DNA of 64,000 nucleotides from Bacteroidia bacterium (GTDB lineage Bacteria; Bacteroidota; Bacteroidia; Palsa-965): contig JBIJCF010000009.1 of the NCBI GenBank assembly GCA_044344795.1, positions 13,630 through 77,629 on the forward strand, given 5' to 3'. Every line of letters begins with the position of its first letter. The stretch's first letter is position 1. The translations under genes were made by a program, and so were the position numbers. Below, piece by piece: positions 53,005 through 63,176 of this stretch. The notes beneath the pieces are model-generated. The model was not told where the DNA came from and made no database searches. It saw nothing but the letters and a program-made list of their open reading frames with translations.

Positions 53005-53150
53005 ACCAATAACGCGCAAAGAATGTGCCACGTTGCATGCTGTAGTCATGTTGTAAACTAGTGGTATTGCTATATGGGTGCTGCGCTATTTCCGAATGTA
53101 TCTGGTCTTGCTGTGTTACTTTGATTAACTTTGAATCAAATCAAGGAATC

Positions 53151-53456
53151 ATGCAAGAAGAACAACAATTAAATATTGAGCTTACAGAAGATGTGGCCGA
53201 AGGAATTTATTCCAACCTCGCTATTATCACACACTCTAACTCCGAATTTGTTCTGGATTTTATTCAGATCATGCCCGGGGTGCCCAAGGCGAAAGTGAAA
53301 TCGCGTATTGTATTAACGCCTCAACATGCAAAGCGATTAATGCGTGCTTTGAAGGATAACATTTCGCGTTTTGAGCAAGCGAATGGTACCATTGCCGAAA
53401 GCGAAATGCCCAACGCATTTCCTTTAAATTTTGGTGGAACTAAAGGAATGGCTTAA
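53151..53456 (+). CDS. Small conserved Bacteroidetes protein (DUF3467-like)
   Basis: About 100 aa. LNIELTEDVAEGIYSNLAIITHSNSEFVLDFIQIMPGVPKAKVKSRIVLTPQHAKRL matches the pattern recalled for DUF3467-family proteins. ATG at 53151. Confidence 0.45.
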   Translation: MQEEQQLNIELTEDVAEGIYSNLAIITHSNSEFVLDFIQIMPGVPKAKVKSRIVLTPQHAKRLMRALKDNISRFEQANGTIAESEMPNAFPLNFGGTKGMA

Positions 53457-53483
53457 TCACGAGTGAAAACGTGTACAACTGTA

Positions 53484-53517
53484 AAAGGCTTTCATGATAA
53501 ATGAGAGCCTTTTTTTA
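53484..53517. terminator. Bidirectional rho-independent terminator
   Basis: ggctttcat-gataa-atgagagcc hairpin followed by ttttttt. Lies between the convergent DUF3467-like gene and the patatin gene. Confidence 0.65.
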
Positions 53518-55863
53518 ATCCAGTGCTTTACGGTTGAATATGATATAACCGAAATGAAACAGCACACTAACCTGATCCGTGCGCGAAGAGTAGTAGTTCG
53601 CAGATAAACTCACCGGACCAAGCGGAGAGTGCCACACTAACGCAGACATGGCGATAAACTCCCAATCAGATATTGATAGTGGTGCGCTGTATGCCGCGGT
53701 ATTGTCAAATTCTTTTTGAATTGCTTGATACGGAAGCATTACAAATCCTTCTAGTCGGACGTCAATACTTTTATTTAATACAAAAATATTTTTCAATCCT
53801 GCGCCTGCAAATTGATGCGCGCGAAACTCAGGAATAAAATATGTTTTGCTTTCCGGTGTAGGCATGAATGCCGGCGCACTGAGCATGGTAGCAAAGTAGT
53901 TGCTGAAGAAAGGTTGCGATGAATACACCGCTTCACCATAGAATCCAAGTCTCCAACTTCCTCGTTCTTTAAAGTACGTGTCGTAAACAATACGCATTAC
54001 AAACCAGTTATGGACAGCACGAAAACGATCTTGTATGATTGCCGTTGATCCGGGTTGGTAATACTCTTCTCCTTGCACAAATCGCGCTTTAAACGCAAAA
54101 TAGGTTCCTTGAGATGCATATTGTTTGCGATTCAAAGTGCTACGTTCATAAAGAAGGTGGGATGTGTAGGTTGTGAAATCTGTACGATCTGCAGTATCGG
54201 CCGATTGGAATGCGTCAACCTGATAATACAAATCGCGAATGAACGCATAAGAGGTGGCTAATGAAAGTTTGGTTTTATTATTAACCGGCAATCCCAAGCT
54301 TATTTCACCACATCGATCCCACATAATGAGATACGCAGGTTTCGTATCTTCAAAGAACGCGGGACTGCTTCGGAAATAGTCAAATCGGTTCCAGGTGAAT
54401 GATGGTTCAACGTAAAACGGTAGTTGTGTAGAAAAATCAATCCGTGTTTTTAGCTGTACCGCGCTGTATAGTTTTCCGAAATATGCATTACCCATTACAG
54501 ACACAGAAGGATTGCTCAGCAGGTCATACTGCATGGCAATGAAGCCCATGTTTATCGGGCGATTGGAGAAGTTGCCTCCAAATTGCGTTGTGAAGGGACG
54601 TTCTTTTTTTATACTCAACGTGAGATCATATAATCCTGTTGATTTATTGTAGCGCGCCAAAGGATAAATTGATTTGAGTTTATCATCAGCAGCCAATCGA
54701 AAGTACTGTGGTTTTAATTCGTTTAACGGCACACTTTTTTTCTTCTTACGAAGGATAGAAGTAGTATAGTTAACCTGGGCGCGCGTGAGTTTGTCACCTT
54801 CAATGATGAGATTTCCGAAGATGAGTGGCGGTAATTTTTTCTTGAAATTTTCTCTACGTGCTTTTAAATCATCCGTTGCTACACGACGAGTGACGTGCAA
54901 TTTAATTTCCTCAATTTGTCTTATCGTCGCTGCATAACCGCTATCAATTAAGGCTTGAGCGTTTTCAAAATCAAACAAACCCACCCAATCTGCGCTAGGC
55001 TCAATGATGATTCCATTTTCGCATTGAGGCGTGAAGTCTGTTTTACTAGTGAGCATTGCTCTGATTTGCGAAATCAAATTGTCTTCTTCAGGATTGGCAA
55101 ATGCGGTGGCTACGTTGCTTCCAATGATGAAATCCGGAAAGAAGTCGGTGTACATGATGTTTGATGGGAAGTTGTTGTACAAACCTCCGTCAAAAAGCAA
55201 TCGTCCGTTTACAGTAATAGGTTTTAAGTAAAACGGATAAGACATGGATGCGCGAACAGCCTGGCCTAAATCTCCGTTACGGAAAACAACAGACTCTTTG
55301 CTGGCAACATCTGAAGCAACGCAACGAAAAGGAATAAACAAACTGTCGAACTTGTAATTAGCAGCAGCGCTTGCGGCAGCAGTACGTTCCATCAACGCAA
55401 AATCCATTGGTATCGGAGAAATGACATTAGTTGGCAAACTTGTAACTAATGAAGTGTCCAAAGACATTTTGAACGACAGCCAGGATGCATTGTCTTCTTT
55501 CTTTTTGAAATAGTAAACGTATTGCGGTTGGATAACTCCTGTAGCCCAACTTTTAAAATCTTCTGTTTTAACGAGCTGTTCAATTTCCCATGGGCTGTAT
55601 CCCATTGCATACATGGCCCCGATAAGAGCACCGCTGGAAGTTCCGCAGATGTAGTCGATAGGAATTTGATTTTCTTCTAAGGCTTTCAACACACCGATGT
55701 GCGCCATTCCGGATGCTCCACCGCCACTTAGCACCACTCCAACTTTATCTTGCTTACCATATACTACAGGTGGCTGCGGTTGCGCGTATGAGAAAACGCG
55801 AACCAACAACATAATGAGTATAATAACGTACTTAGCAGCCCGCATGGCTTGTGGTTTTATCAA
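53515..55863 (-). CDS. Patatin-like phospholipase fused to a C-terminal Omp85/surface-antigen-type beta-barrel
   Basis: Signal peptide. Patatin GxGxxG/GxSxG motifs (VVLSGGGASGMAHIGVLKAL; YICGTSSGALIGAMYA). Long beta-rich C-terminal region ending in an aromatic residue pattern. 782 aa. Confidence 0.8.
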   Translation of the reverse strand: MIKPQAMRAAKYVIILIMLLVRVFSYAQPQPPVVYGKQDKVGVVLSGGGASGMAHIGVLKALEENQIPIDYICGTSSGALIGAMYAMGYSPWEIEQLVKTEDFKSWATGVIQPQYVYYFKKKEDNASWLSFKMSLDTSLVTSLPTNVISPIPMDFALMERTAAASAAANYKFDSLFIPFRCVASDVASKESVVFRNGDLGQAVRASMSYPFYLKPITVNGRLLFDGGLYNNFPSNIMYTDFFPDFIIGSNVATAFANPEEDNLISQIRAMLTSKTDFTPQCENGIIIEPSADWVGLFDFENAQALIDSGYAATIRQIEEIKLHVTRRVATDDLKARRENFKKKLPPLIFGNLIIEGDKLTRAQVNYTTSILRKKKKSVPLNELKPQYFRLAADDKLKSIYPLARYNKSTGLYDLTLSIKKERPFTTQFGGNFSNRPINMGFIAMQYDLLSNPSVSVMGNAYFGKLYSAVQLKTRIDFSTQLPFYVEPSFTWNRFDYFRSSPAFFEDTKPAYLIMWDRCGEISLGLPVNNKTKLSLATSYAFIRDLYYQVDAFQSADTADRTDFTTYTSHLLYERSTLNRKQYASQGTYFAFKARFVQGEEYYQPGSTAIIQDRFRAVHNWFVMRIVYDTYFKERGSWRLGFYGEAVYSSQPFFSNYFATMLSAPAFMPTPESKTYFIPEFRAHQFAGAGLKNIFVLNKSIDVRLEGFVMLPYQAIQKEFDNTAAYSAPLSISDWEFIAMSALVWHSPLGPVSLSANYYSSRTDQVSVLFHFGYIIFNRKALD

Positions 55864-55872
55864 AGGTACGAA

Positions 55873-56676
55873 TTACCACTCTTTAGCCCACGCGGCATTC
55901 AATTCATTCAGATATCGCACTGTATGCAATAGACGTGATCCGTACCAGGAAAAAAGTTCGCCGTCTACTTCCATTATGCGACTTCCCGGGCTAATTATTT
56001 TTAGTTGTTGGATATGTTGTTCTTTGAATGGAAAGGGTTCGGATGAAAGTAAAATAATATCCGGATCGCATTGTGCAATTTGAGCGTCTGTTAATTGCGG
56101 ATAGCGTCCTTCAAATGTGGTGCCGAGATTATTCCAGCCGCATTTGGATATCAAGTCATTTATAAATGTATTATCTCCGGCGCACATCCACGGATTGCTC
56201 CAAATTAAATACAACACGTTTACTTGCGGACCTTGAGTTAATTTCTTAAACGAGTTTTCGATTTTTAATTTTATTTCTGTTGCTTGATTGGGAGTTCCGG
56301 TAATTACGCCAACACTTGAAATCATCTTTAGCGCTTCTTCCAGTGTAAGAATATCGCTGGTCCAGACGTTAAATTCTTTGCGAAGTAGTTCAATATCTTC
56401 TTTTGTATTTTCTTCTTTATTCGCGATAATCAAGTCAGGTTGAAGTTGGCGCACTATGTCGATGTTAACTGTTTTTGTTCCACCAACTCTAATTTTATTT
56501 CGAAACCAATGATCAGGATGGATGCAAAATTTAGTGATGCCGACAACACGATCGTCTAATCCAAGATCATAAAGCAGTTCTGTTTGACTTGGAACCAAAG
56601 AAATAATGCGTTGTGGTAATGTTGGAATTGAAACGCTAAAGCCGGTTTGATCTATCACTTCAATCATAGGATCCAA
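55873..56676 (-). CDS. ABC-transporter periplasmic substrate-binding protein, class III (BtuF/iron-siderophore/cobalamin-binding fold); orphan
   Basis: RIISLVPSQTELLYDLGLDDRVVGIT and DLIIAN motifs are typical of the helical-backbone binding-protein family. No permease or ATPase adjacent. The start abuts the stop of the upstream TPR-phosphatase gene. Confidence 0.65.
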   Translation of the reverse strand: MDPMIEVIDQTGFSVSIPTLPQRIISLVPSQTELLYDLGLDDRVVGITKFCIHPDHWFRNKIRVGGTKTVNIDIVRQLQPDLIIANKEENTKEDIELLRKEFNVWTSDILTLEEALKMISSVGVITGTPNQATEIKLKIENSFKKLTQGPQVNVLYLIWSNPWMCAGDNTFINDLISKCGWNNLGTTFEGRYPQLTDAQIAQCDPDIILLSSEPFPFKEQHIQQLKIISPGSRIMEVDGELFSWYGSRLLHTVRYLNELNAAWAKEW

Positions 56677-59133
56677 TCAAATTTTTACACCCATTATACA
56701 CACGTCATCAACCTGATCTTGTTTCACAGGCTGATTTTTCCAGTTTTCAAACTCTTCAATGATGATCGGAGCAGCATTATTCAAATCTCCACTTGTTGCG
56801 CGTTTTAAAATTTCCTTGAACTTTTTATACATCAACTTTTTTCCTTTCGGCCCACCAAACTGATCCGCATATCCATCAGAAAAACTAACTACGACATCTC
56901 CGCGTTGCAACTGAACTTGTTTTAATGTAAATGGATTTTTAGTAACGTGAACACCAATTGGTTGCTTATCCGGCACAAGTTCAATGATTTCATTGTCGCG
57001 AATTATATACACGCTATTGTTGGCACCACTATACGACAGCTCCATGGTGTTGGTGTCCAATCTGCAAATGCTGATGTCCATTCCGTCGCGAGATAAACTT
57101 CCGCTACCTTCTTTATTCAAAGACTGAATGACCATATCTCGCAATTCGTTCAGCATTTTTTCCGGTGAATGTACTTTTTTCTCCGACAGTACTTCGTTGA
57201 GCAATGTAATTCCCAACATACTCATGAAACCTCCCGGAACGCCATGGCCGGTGCAATCTACAACAGCGAAGTATTTGAATTGTTCGTGTTCGCCAACCCA
57301 ATAGAAGTCGCCGCTAACAATGCCGTGTGGTTTGAAAATAATAAAGTGTTCCGGGAAGAGTTGTTTAATGTTGGTTTCAGCGGGAAGCATCGCCAACTGA
57401 ATGTTCTTCGCGTAGTTGATACTATCGGTTATTTCCTGATTGATATCTTCAACAAGTTTCTTTTGGCGTGAAATAACTTCATTGGCCGTTTTTTTTCCAC
57501 GATATCCGCGGTAAATAAAGAACGCTAACGCCAACAATAATAACATAGCAATTGCTCCGGCGTATAAAATGAATTGTTGTTGACGAAACCGCGCTTCTTG
57601 CTCAGCGTCAAGTTTTGCCTGTGCGATCTTTTCCTTTTCTTTTTCCTTGTCAAACAAATATTGCAACATTAACTCCGCTTGTCGGCGCGTGTTTTCTTCC
57701 GAGCTGTATTGCTCTTTCAGTTCAATGTATAATTGAGCAAACTCCAGCGCTTTGTTTTGATTGCCTTCTGCTTGATAGGCTTTCCACAAACGGTACGCGA
57801 ATTCTATTTGCAGTGTTGGAGAGTTGAGTTCTCGGGCATATTTCAATCCTTCTTCGCCCAAACGAATAGCGTCTTTGTGTTTTTTCTGTTCAAGTGCACT
57901 AATAGTCAAAAGCTTGTAACACTCCGCTATGCCTTGATTGTCTTGTAATGCAATGAAGGACTGTAAAGCTGTATTGATAAGCTCTTCGGCCTTGACGTAG
58001 TTTTTTTGGAACATCGCAATTTGTCCTTGCATACGCTGTGCAGCCGCAATATGATTAGGATAATTGTATTGTTTAGCCAACTGTAAAGCTTCGGATACCA
58101 GTGTATTTGCTGTGGCTGTGTCTTGTTGAGCAAAATGAATTTGAGACTCAAAGATCAAATTGTAAACTGTACGGTTGTAATCTCCAATTTCGCGGGACAG
58201 ACGAATACTTTCATCAATGTATTTCATTGCCTGAACGGTATCATGCTGTTTTAAATACAAGTCGGACATACCATTATAAATGAATGACATGTTATGTTTG
58301 TCGTTCGCACCCTCAGCAATATCCAGCGCAGCAAGAAAGCATTCAATAGCTTTAGGATAATTATATAATTGCGTGTACGCATCTGCCATTGTACCCAAAC
58401 TGCCGGCTTTAATATTTAGTTCACCAATGGAGTCTGCAATTTGTATAGTACGTGAATGATAGGCAATTGCTTGTTTAAAATCGCCACGCATATGGTAGTT
58501 GTTTCCCATGCTGCTCAGGTTGAAAGCCTGCAATCGTCTGTTGCCGGTTTCTTGTGCAGTTTTGAAGGACTGACGATGATATTCCATCGCTTTGTCGTAT
58601 TGGGAAGAAAAAAGATAAGCATCGCCAATTGTACTTTGACACTGAGCAACATTGACTTTGTCGTTCAGACCTTTGTAAATACGCAAGGCTAAAGTGAGGT
58701 AATGTAGGGCGGTGTCGTTAATTCCTTGTAGTCGAAAGACGTTGCCAATTCCGGTGTAGGCTTGAGCTATTAATGAAGAGTCGCTGAGTTTTTGAGCAAG
58801 TTGAAGACTTTTCTTGTAAAGGACTTTAGCTGTATCATACGAATCGACGTAATAAAAACTGAGGCCTTCTTTGTGAAGCGCATCGGCCTGAATCTTTTGA
58901 TTCTTTACTTTTTGTCCGATAGCATATGCTTCTCTTGCCAAATTTCGGGTTTGCGAGGCATCTATTCCGCGGTATTCAAACGCAAGTTGATTTAACATTT
59001 GCGCCTTTCGTTCTTGGTTGTTTTCTTTCTTAATTGCTTGTTGTAAAGAATCGATAACCGGGGTTTGTGCAACAACTCCGGTAGCAAGGAGGCAAAGTAG
59101 AATTACGATTCGAGTAATCATGTGACACAGCAA
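56677..59133 (-). CDS. TPR-repeat sensor fused to a PP2C-type (SpoIIE-like) serine phosphatase, with a central TM helix
   Basis: Multiple TPR units in the N-terminal about 480 aa. TM helix FILYAGAIAMLLLLALAFFIY. C-terminal SpoIIE/PPM motifs (GDFYWV, VVDCTGHGVPGGFMS, SDGYADQFG). Confidence 0.75.
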   Translation of the reverse strand: MLCHMITRIVILLCLLATGVVAQTPVIDSLQQAIKKENNQERKAQMLNQLAFEYRGIDASQTRNLAREAYAIGQKVKNQKIQADALHKEGLSFYYVDSYDTAKVLYKKSLQLAQKLSDSSLIAQAYTGIGNVFRLQGINDTALHYLTLALRIYKGLNDKVNVAQCQSTIGDAYLFSSQYDKAMEYHRQSFKTAQETGNRRLQAFNLSSMGNNYHMRGDFKQAIAYHSRTIQIADSIGELNIKAGSLGTMADAYTQLYNYPKAIECFLAALDIAEGANDKHNMSFIYNGMSDLYLKQHDTVQAMKYIDESIRLSREIGDYNRTVYNLIFESQIHFAQQDTATANTLVSEALQLAKQYNYPNHIAAAQRMQGQIAMFQKNYVKAEELINTALQSFIALQDNQGIAECYKLLTISALEQKKHKDAIRLGEEGLKYARELNSPTLQIEFAYRLWKAYQAEGNQNKALEFAQLYIELKEQYSSEENTRRQAELMLQYLFDKEKEKEKIAQAKLDAEQEARFRQQQFILYAGAIAMLLLLALAFFIYRGYRGKKTANEVISRQKKLVEDINQEITDSINYAKNIQLAMLPAETNIKQLFPEHFIIFKPHGIVSGDFYWVGEHEQFKYFAVVDCTGHGVPGGFMSMLGITLLNEVLSEKKVHSPEKMLNELRDMVIQSLNKEGSGSLSRDGMDISICRLDTNTMELSYSGANNSVYIIRDNEIIELVPDKQPIGVHVTKNPFTLKQVQLQRGDVVVSFSDGYADQFGGPKGKKLMYKKFKEILKRATSGDLNNAAPIIIEEFENWKNQPVKQDQVDDVCIMGVKI

Positions 59134-59191
59134 GATACAAGATGCAACGTGATAAAAAAAGAAAACCGCCGAAGTGCGGCGGTTTTTATAA

Positions 59192-60571
59192 CTAACACAT
59201 CATACTGATGATATCGTGTCGGGTGATGATATAGATTTCATCTGTTTTGAAATCACGCACCAACACAGCAGGATTTTCCGGAGTGATCATGTTGCTCAAT
59301 GCTTCCAGTGGTGTTGTGATATCCACGAATGGAAATGCAGGACTCATGATACTTTCTACAGTATTCCCTTTATTGTTCGGATGTTTAGTAAGGCATTCGA
59401 AAATGTTTTGTTCATTAATTGAACCTACTATACGTCCGTCTTTCGTGATTGTAAGTTGTGAGAAGTCCCTCTCCTGCATGAGTCGTGCGGTGCTTTCGAT
59501 TGTTTCATTTACTTCCACCGACATCACTTTGTTGTGTTTCACTGCAGCCACGATATCTTTAGCTGTCTGCCCCGTTGGATCGAGATAACCTTTCGTGCGC
59601 ATCCAATCGTCGTTGAACATTTTACCCAAATAGCGAGTGCCGTGGTCGTGGAAGATTACCACTACCACATCGTTTTCATTAAACTGATTCGCCATTTGAA
59701 GTAAACCTGCCATTGCAGATCCTGCAGAGTTTCCAGCAAAGATTCCTTCTTCTTTTGTGATGCGACGAGTCATTACGGCTGCATCTTTATCCGTTACTTT
59801 TTCGAAATGATCGATAACGTTAAAGTCTACATTTTGTGGTAAGAAATCTTCGCCAATGCCTTCGGTTACATAAGGATAGATTTCATTTTTATCGAAGATG
59901 CCGGTTTCCTTGTATTTCTTAAAGACAGAACCGTATGTGTCGATACCAAGAATCTTGATGTTTGGATTTTTCTCTTTCAAAAAGCGACCGGTTCCGCAAA
60001 TGGTTCCGCCTGTTCCAACACCTACCACAAGGTGTGTAATTTTACCTTCGGTTTGTTCCCAAATTTCAGGACCGGTTTGTTCGTAGTGTGCCTGCGAATT
60101 ACTCAGGTTGTCGTATTGATTAGGTTTCCAAGAGTTAGGAACTTCTTTTTCCAATCGTGAAGAAACAGAATAATACGAACGTGGATCTTCAGGGTCAACG
60201 TTGGTAGGACAAACAATAACTTCTGCGCCGAAAGCTTTTAATGCATCCACTTTTTCTTTTGACTGTTTGTCTGTTGTCGTGAATATGCATTTGTATCCTT
60301 TAATAATCGCTGCGATCGCCAAACCCATTCCTGTGTTGCCGGAAGTTCCTTCAATGATTGTTCCTCCCGGTTTAAGACGACCATCTTTTTCTGCATCCTC
60401 GATCATCTTCAATGCCATGCGATCCTTAATAGAATTGCCTGGATTAAAGGTTTCGATTTTAGCGTACACTTTTGCCTTAACAGTGCCTTTTGTGATATTA
60501 TTGATACGTACTAAAGGTGTTTTGCCAATAGTTTGCAGAATGTTGTCGAAAACCAATTTGTTAGTATTCAC
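59192..60571 (-). CDS. Cystathionine beta-synthase-like PLP enzyme (CysK/CBS fold) with a C-terminal tandem CBS-domain pair
   Basis: PLP-fold motifs (KTPLVRIN; TSGNTGMGLAIAA with the Lys-containing region NPGNSIKDR). C-terminal about 120 aa with two CBS motifs. Confidence 0.75.
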   Translation of the reverse strand: MNTNKLVFDNILQTIGKTPLVRINNITKGTVKAKVYAKIETFNPGNSIKDRMALKMIEDAEKDGRLKPGGTIIEGTSGNTGMGLAIAAIIKGYKCIFTTTDKQSKEKVDALKAFGAEVIVCPTNVDPEDPRSYYSVSSRLEKEVPNSWKPNQYDNLSNSQAHYEQTGPEIWEQTEGKITHLVVGVGTGGTICGTGRFLKEKNPNIKILGIDTYGSVFKKYKETGIFDKNEIYPYVTEGIGEDFLPQNVDFNVIDHFEKVTDKDAAVMTRRITKEEGIFAGNSAGSAMAGLLQMANQFNENDVVVVIFHDHGTRYLGKMFNDDWMRTKGYLDPTGQTAKDIVAAVKHNKVMSVEVNETIESTARLMQERDFSQLTITKDGRIVGSINEQNIFECLTKHPNNKGNTVESIMSPAFPFVDITTPLEALSNMITPENPAVLVRDFKTDEIYIITRHDIISMMC

Positions 60572-60606
60572 GGTAGTTTGGATTAGAGGACAAAAGTAAC
60601 GGCATT

Positions 60607-61839
60607 TTAGCTAAAGCGTATCGCCTTAACAGGAGAAATTCGTGTTACGATGAGTGCCGGAATTAATAGTGCCAAGATACAGAGCACCAGTGTTGCCAGA
60701 TTAAGTATAATCAGCTGCCATGCAATAAAGTTCACAGGGACGTGATCCACGTAATAGGATCGCTCATCCAATTGAATAAGTCCGAATTTGTTTTGTGCCA
60801 ATCCAACTACTACACCTACTGCATTGCCCCATAACAGACCAATTCCGATAAGTCGTACAGCTTGTCGCATGAATATTCTCATGATTGCTCTATTGCCCGC
60901 GCCCATTGCTTTCAATACACCAATCATGTTAGTACGATCGAGAATTAAAATTATTAACGCACTTATCATGTTAATCATACTCACAAATAACATGAGCACA
61001 ATAATGATCATTGCATTAGTGTCTAAAATATCCAGCCAAGAAAATATTTGGGGTGTAAGCTCTCTAATATTAATGGCGTCCAAATCATAATCTAAAGTTT
61101 CGCGTATTGATTCGGTAACCGGCTGTAGCGCATTGTAATTATCAACCAGTACTTCAAAGCCACCAACATGCACACTGTCCCAGTTATTTAATTTTTGAAC
61201 TTGTCGTAAATGACAAATGAGAAAACGATCGTCAAAACCGTCATACAATCCTGTTTCATAAATGCCGACTACTTTAAAGAGACGTTGCTTTGTTTCGTTG
61301 TTGCGTAGGAAGAACATTCTGAATTTATCGTTCAACTTCAGCTGCATTTTATTGGCGATTGTTTTTGAAACAATCACTTCATTTAAAGAATCGGGAGTGG
61401 TTAAGATTTTACCTTCCACCATTTTTTCCTTGAAGAAACTCCAGTCGAAGTCTGAGTCTACTCCTTTCAGAACAACACCCAAGAGTTGTTCTTTATTTTT
61501 CATGATCCCGGCTTTTGTTGCGAAAACCTGTACATGTCGTACACCGGGAACTGCATTAACGGCGGAGACAGAAGGTTGATTGCGATTGAGCGAATCGTTC
61601 TCAAATGATTCATTCGTGTCAATTCCTGTTATTTGAATGTGCGAGCCAAAGCCAATTACCTTTTGACGCACTTCATTCTGAAATCCCGTCATAACACCCA
61701 ACGTTAATATCATAACGGCAATTCCAATAGCAATTCCTGCAACCGCTACACGCAAAATCGGTTTGGACATGCGTCCTTCACCATCCTTTTGCAGCAGCAT
61801 TCGCGAAGTGATTAATTGTTCGAAACCGGATTTTGCCAT
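60607..61839 (-). CDS. FtsX-like ABC transporter permease (LolC/LolE lipoprotein-release family)
   Basis: 4-TM FtsX topology with a large periplasmic loop. N-terminal MAKSGFEQLITSRML and C-terminal conserved block (GIYETGLYDGFDDRF...; LKAMGA) are typical of the LolE family. Confidence 0.75.
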   Translation of the reverse strand: MAKSGFEQLITSRMLLQKDGEGRMSKPILRVAVAGIAIGIAVMILTLGVMTGFQNEVRQKVIGFGSHIQITGIDTNESFENDSLNRNQPSVSAVNAVPGVRHVQVFATKAGIMKNKEQLLGVVLKGVDSDFDWSFFKEKMVEGKILTTPDSLNEVIVSKTIANKMQLKLNDKFRMFFLRNNETKQRLFKVVGIYETGLYDGFDDRFLICHLRQVQKLNNWDSVHVGGFEVLVDNYNALQPVTESIRETLDYDLDAINIRELTPQIFSWLDILDTNAMIIIVLMLFVSMINMISALIILILDRTNMIGVLKAMGAGNRAIMRIFMRQAVRLIGIGLLWGNAVGVVVGLAQNKFGLIQLDERSYYVDHVPVNFIAWQLIILNLATLVLCILALLIPALIVTRISPVKAIRFS

Positions 61840-61903
61840 TGCTTCAAAAATACGTGTAAATCCCGGACTAAAAGAATAGCACAATTCTTGCTACATTCAC
61901 GTC

Positions 61904-63115
61904 ATGATGCGATTGCTATTTTGCTTATTACTGGTTGTTGTGCAGACCATTCACCTGCCGGCGCAAATTTTAATTCGTGCTAAGCAAAATGCGGAGAAGA
62001 CTGATAAAGATATCACAGTTGGAGCGGCTCGTTTTGATCAATATTTGTCCGAGTTAAGCGGTAAGCGTGTGGCAGTTGTGGCTAATCATACCTCGTTTGT
62101 AGGGGCTGTCCATTTGGTTGATACCTTATTGTCGCGTAAGATTAAAGTGGTAAAAATATTTTCTCCCGAGCACGGATTTCGCGGAACTGCAGATAACGGT
62201 GAGGAAATTGGTTCAGGGAAAGATCAACGAACCGGACTTCCTGTAATTTCTTTGTACGGAGATCATCGTAAACCCACCACAAAGGATATGAAAGGTATTG
62301 ATGCGGTGTTGTTCGATATTCAAGATGTAGGTGTTCGTTTTTACACGTATATCTCTACTATGACTTACGTAATGGAAGCATGTGCTGAACAGAACGTAAA
62401 AATGATTGTGCTGGATCGTCCAAATCCCAACGGACATTATCTCGATGGACCTATTCTGGAGCCGGCATATAAATCGTTTGTGGGATTACATCCTGTTCCG
62501 ATTGTTCATGGTATGACAATAGCTGAATATGCACAAATGGTGAATGGAGAGAAGTGGTTAACCGGAGGCGTGAAGTGTGATTTGAAAGTTATTACGTGCC
62601 TCAACTATACTCACGATGATTTGTATCAATTACCGATAAATCCATCACCTAATTTGCCCAACATGAGTAGTGTGTATTTGTATCCATCCTTGTGTTTGTT
62701 TGAAGGAACGGTTGTCAGTGTGGGACGCGGAACTGGTGCGCCGTTTCAAATATTTGGTCATCCTCAATTACAAGGGACACACTTTTCGTTTACTCCGGCC
62801 CCTAAACCTGGAGCCAAAAAACCATTGTATGAAGGACAGTTATGTAACGGATACGATTTACGCGAATTCGGATTGTTGTATATCAAGGATTATAAATCGC
62901 TTTATCTGTATTGGTTAATCGCAAGCTATAATCAATTAAAGACGAAGGGAGAATTCTTCAATAATTTCTTTGATAAACTTGCCGGTACTTCCAATTTGCG
63001 TAATCAGGTTGTTTCAGGCAAAACCGAAGAACAAATCAGAGCATCGTGGCAGCCCGGATTATCTGCGTTTCGTGATATTCGCGTGAAATATTTGCTCTAT
63101 CAGGATTTCAATTAA
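61904..63115 (+). CDS. DUF1343-family protein (NamZ-like exo-beta-N-acetylmuramidase candidate)
   Basis: Signal peptide. Conserved blocks GAARFDQYLSELSGKRVAVVANHTS and DIQDVGVRFYTYISTM are typical of DUF1343 (YzbB/NamZ). Confidence 0.6.
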   Translation: MMRLLFCLLLVVVQTIHLPAQILIRAKQNAEKTDKDITVGAARFDQYLSELSGKRVAVVANHTSFVGAVHLVDTLLSRKIKVVKIFSPEHGFRGTADNGEEIGSGKDQRTGLPVISLYGDHRKPTTKDMKGIDAVLFDIQDVGVRFYTYISTMTYVMEACAEQNVKMIVLDRPNPNGHYLDGPILEPAYKSFVGLHPVPIVHGMTIAEYAQMVNGEKWLTGGVKCDLKVITCLNYTHDDLYQLPINPSPNLPNMSSVYLYPSLCLFEGTVVSVGRGTGAPFQIFGHPQLQGTHFSFTPAPKPGAKKPLYEGQLCNGYDLREFGLLYIKDYKSLYLYWLIASYNQLKTKGEFFNNFFDKLAGTSNLRNQVVSGKTEEQIRASWQPGLSAFRDIRVKYLLYQDFN

Positions 63116-63176
63116 ACCGATTGCACCTGTTTGCGTCTAACGAGCAAATACGGTAACTTGAATTCAAATTCAATCT

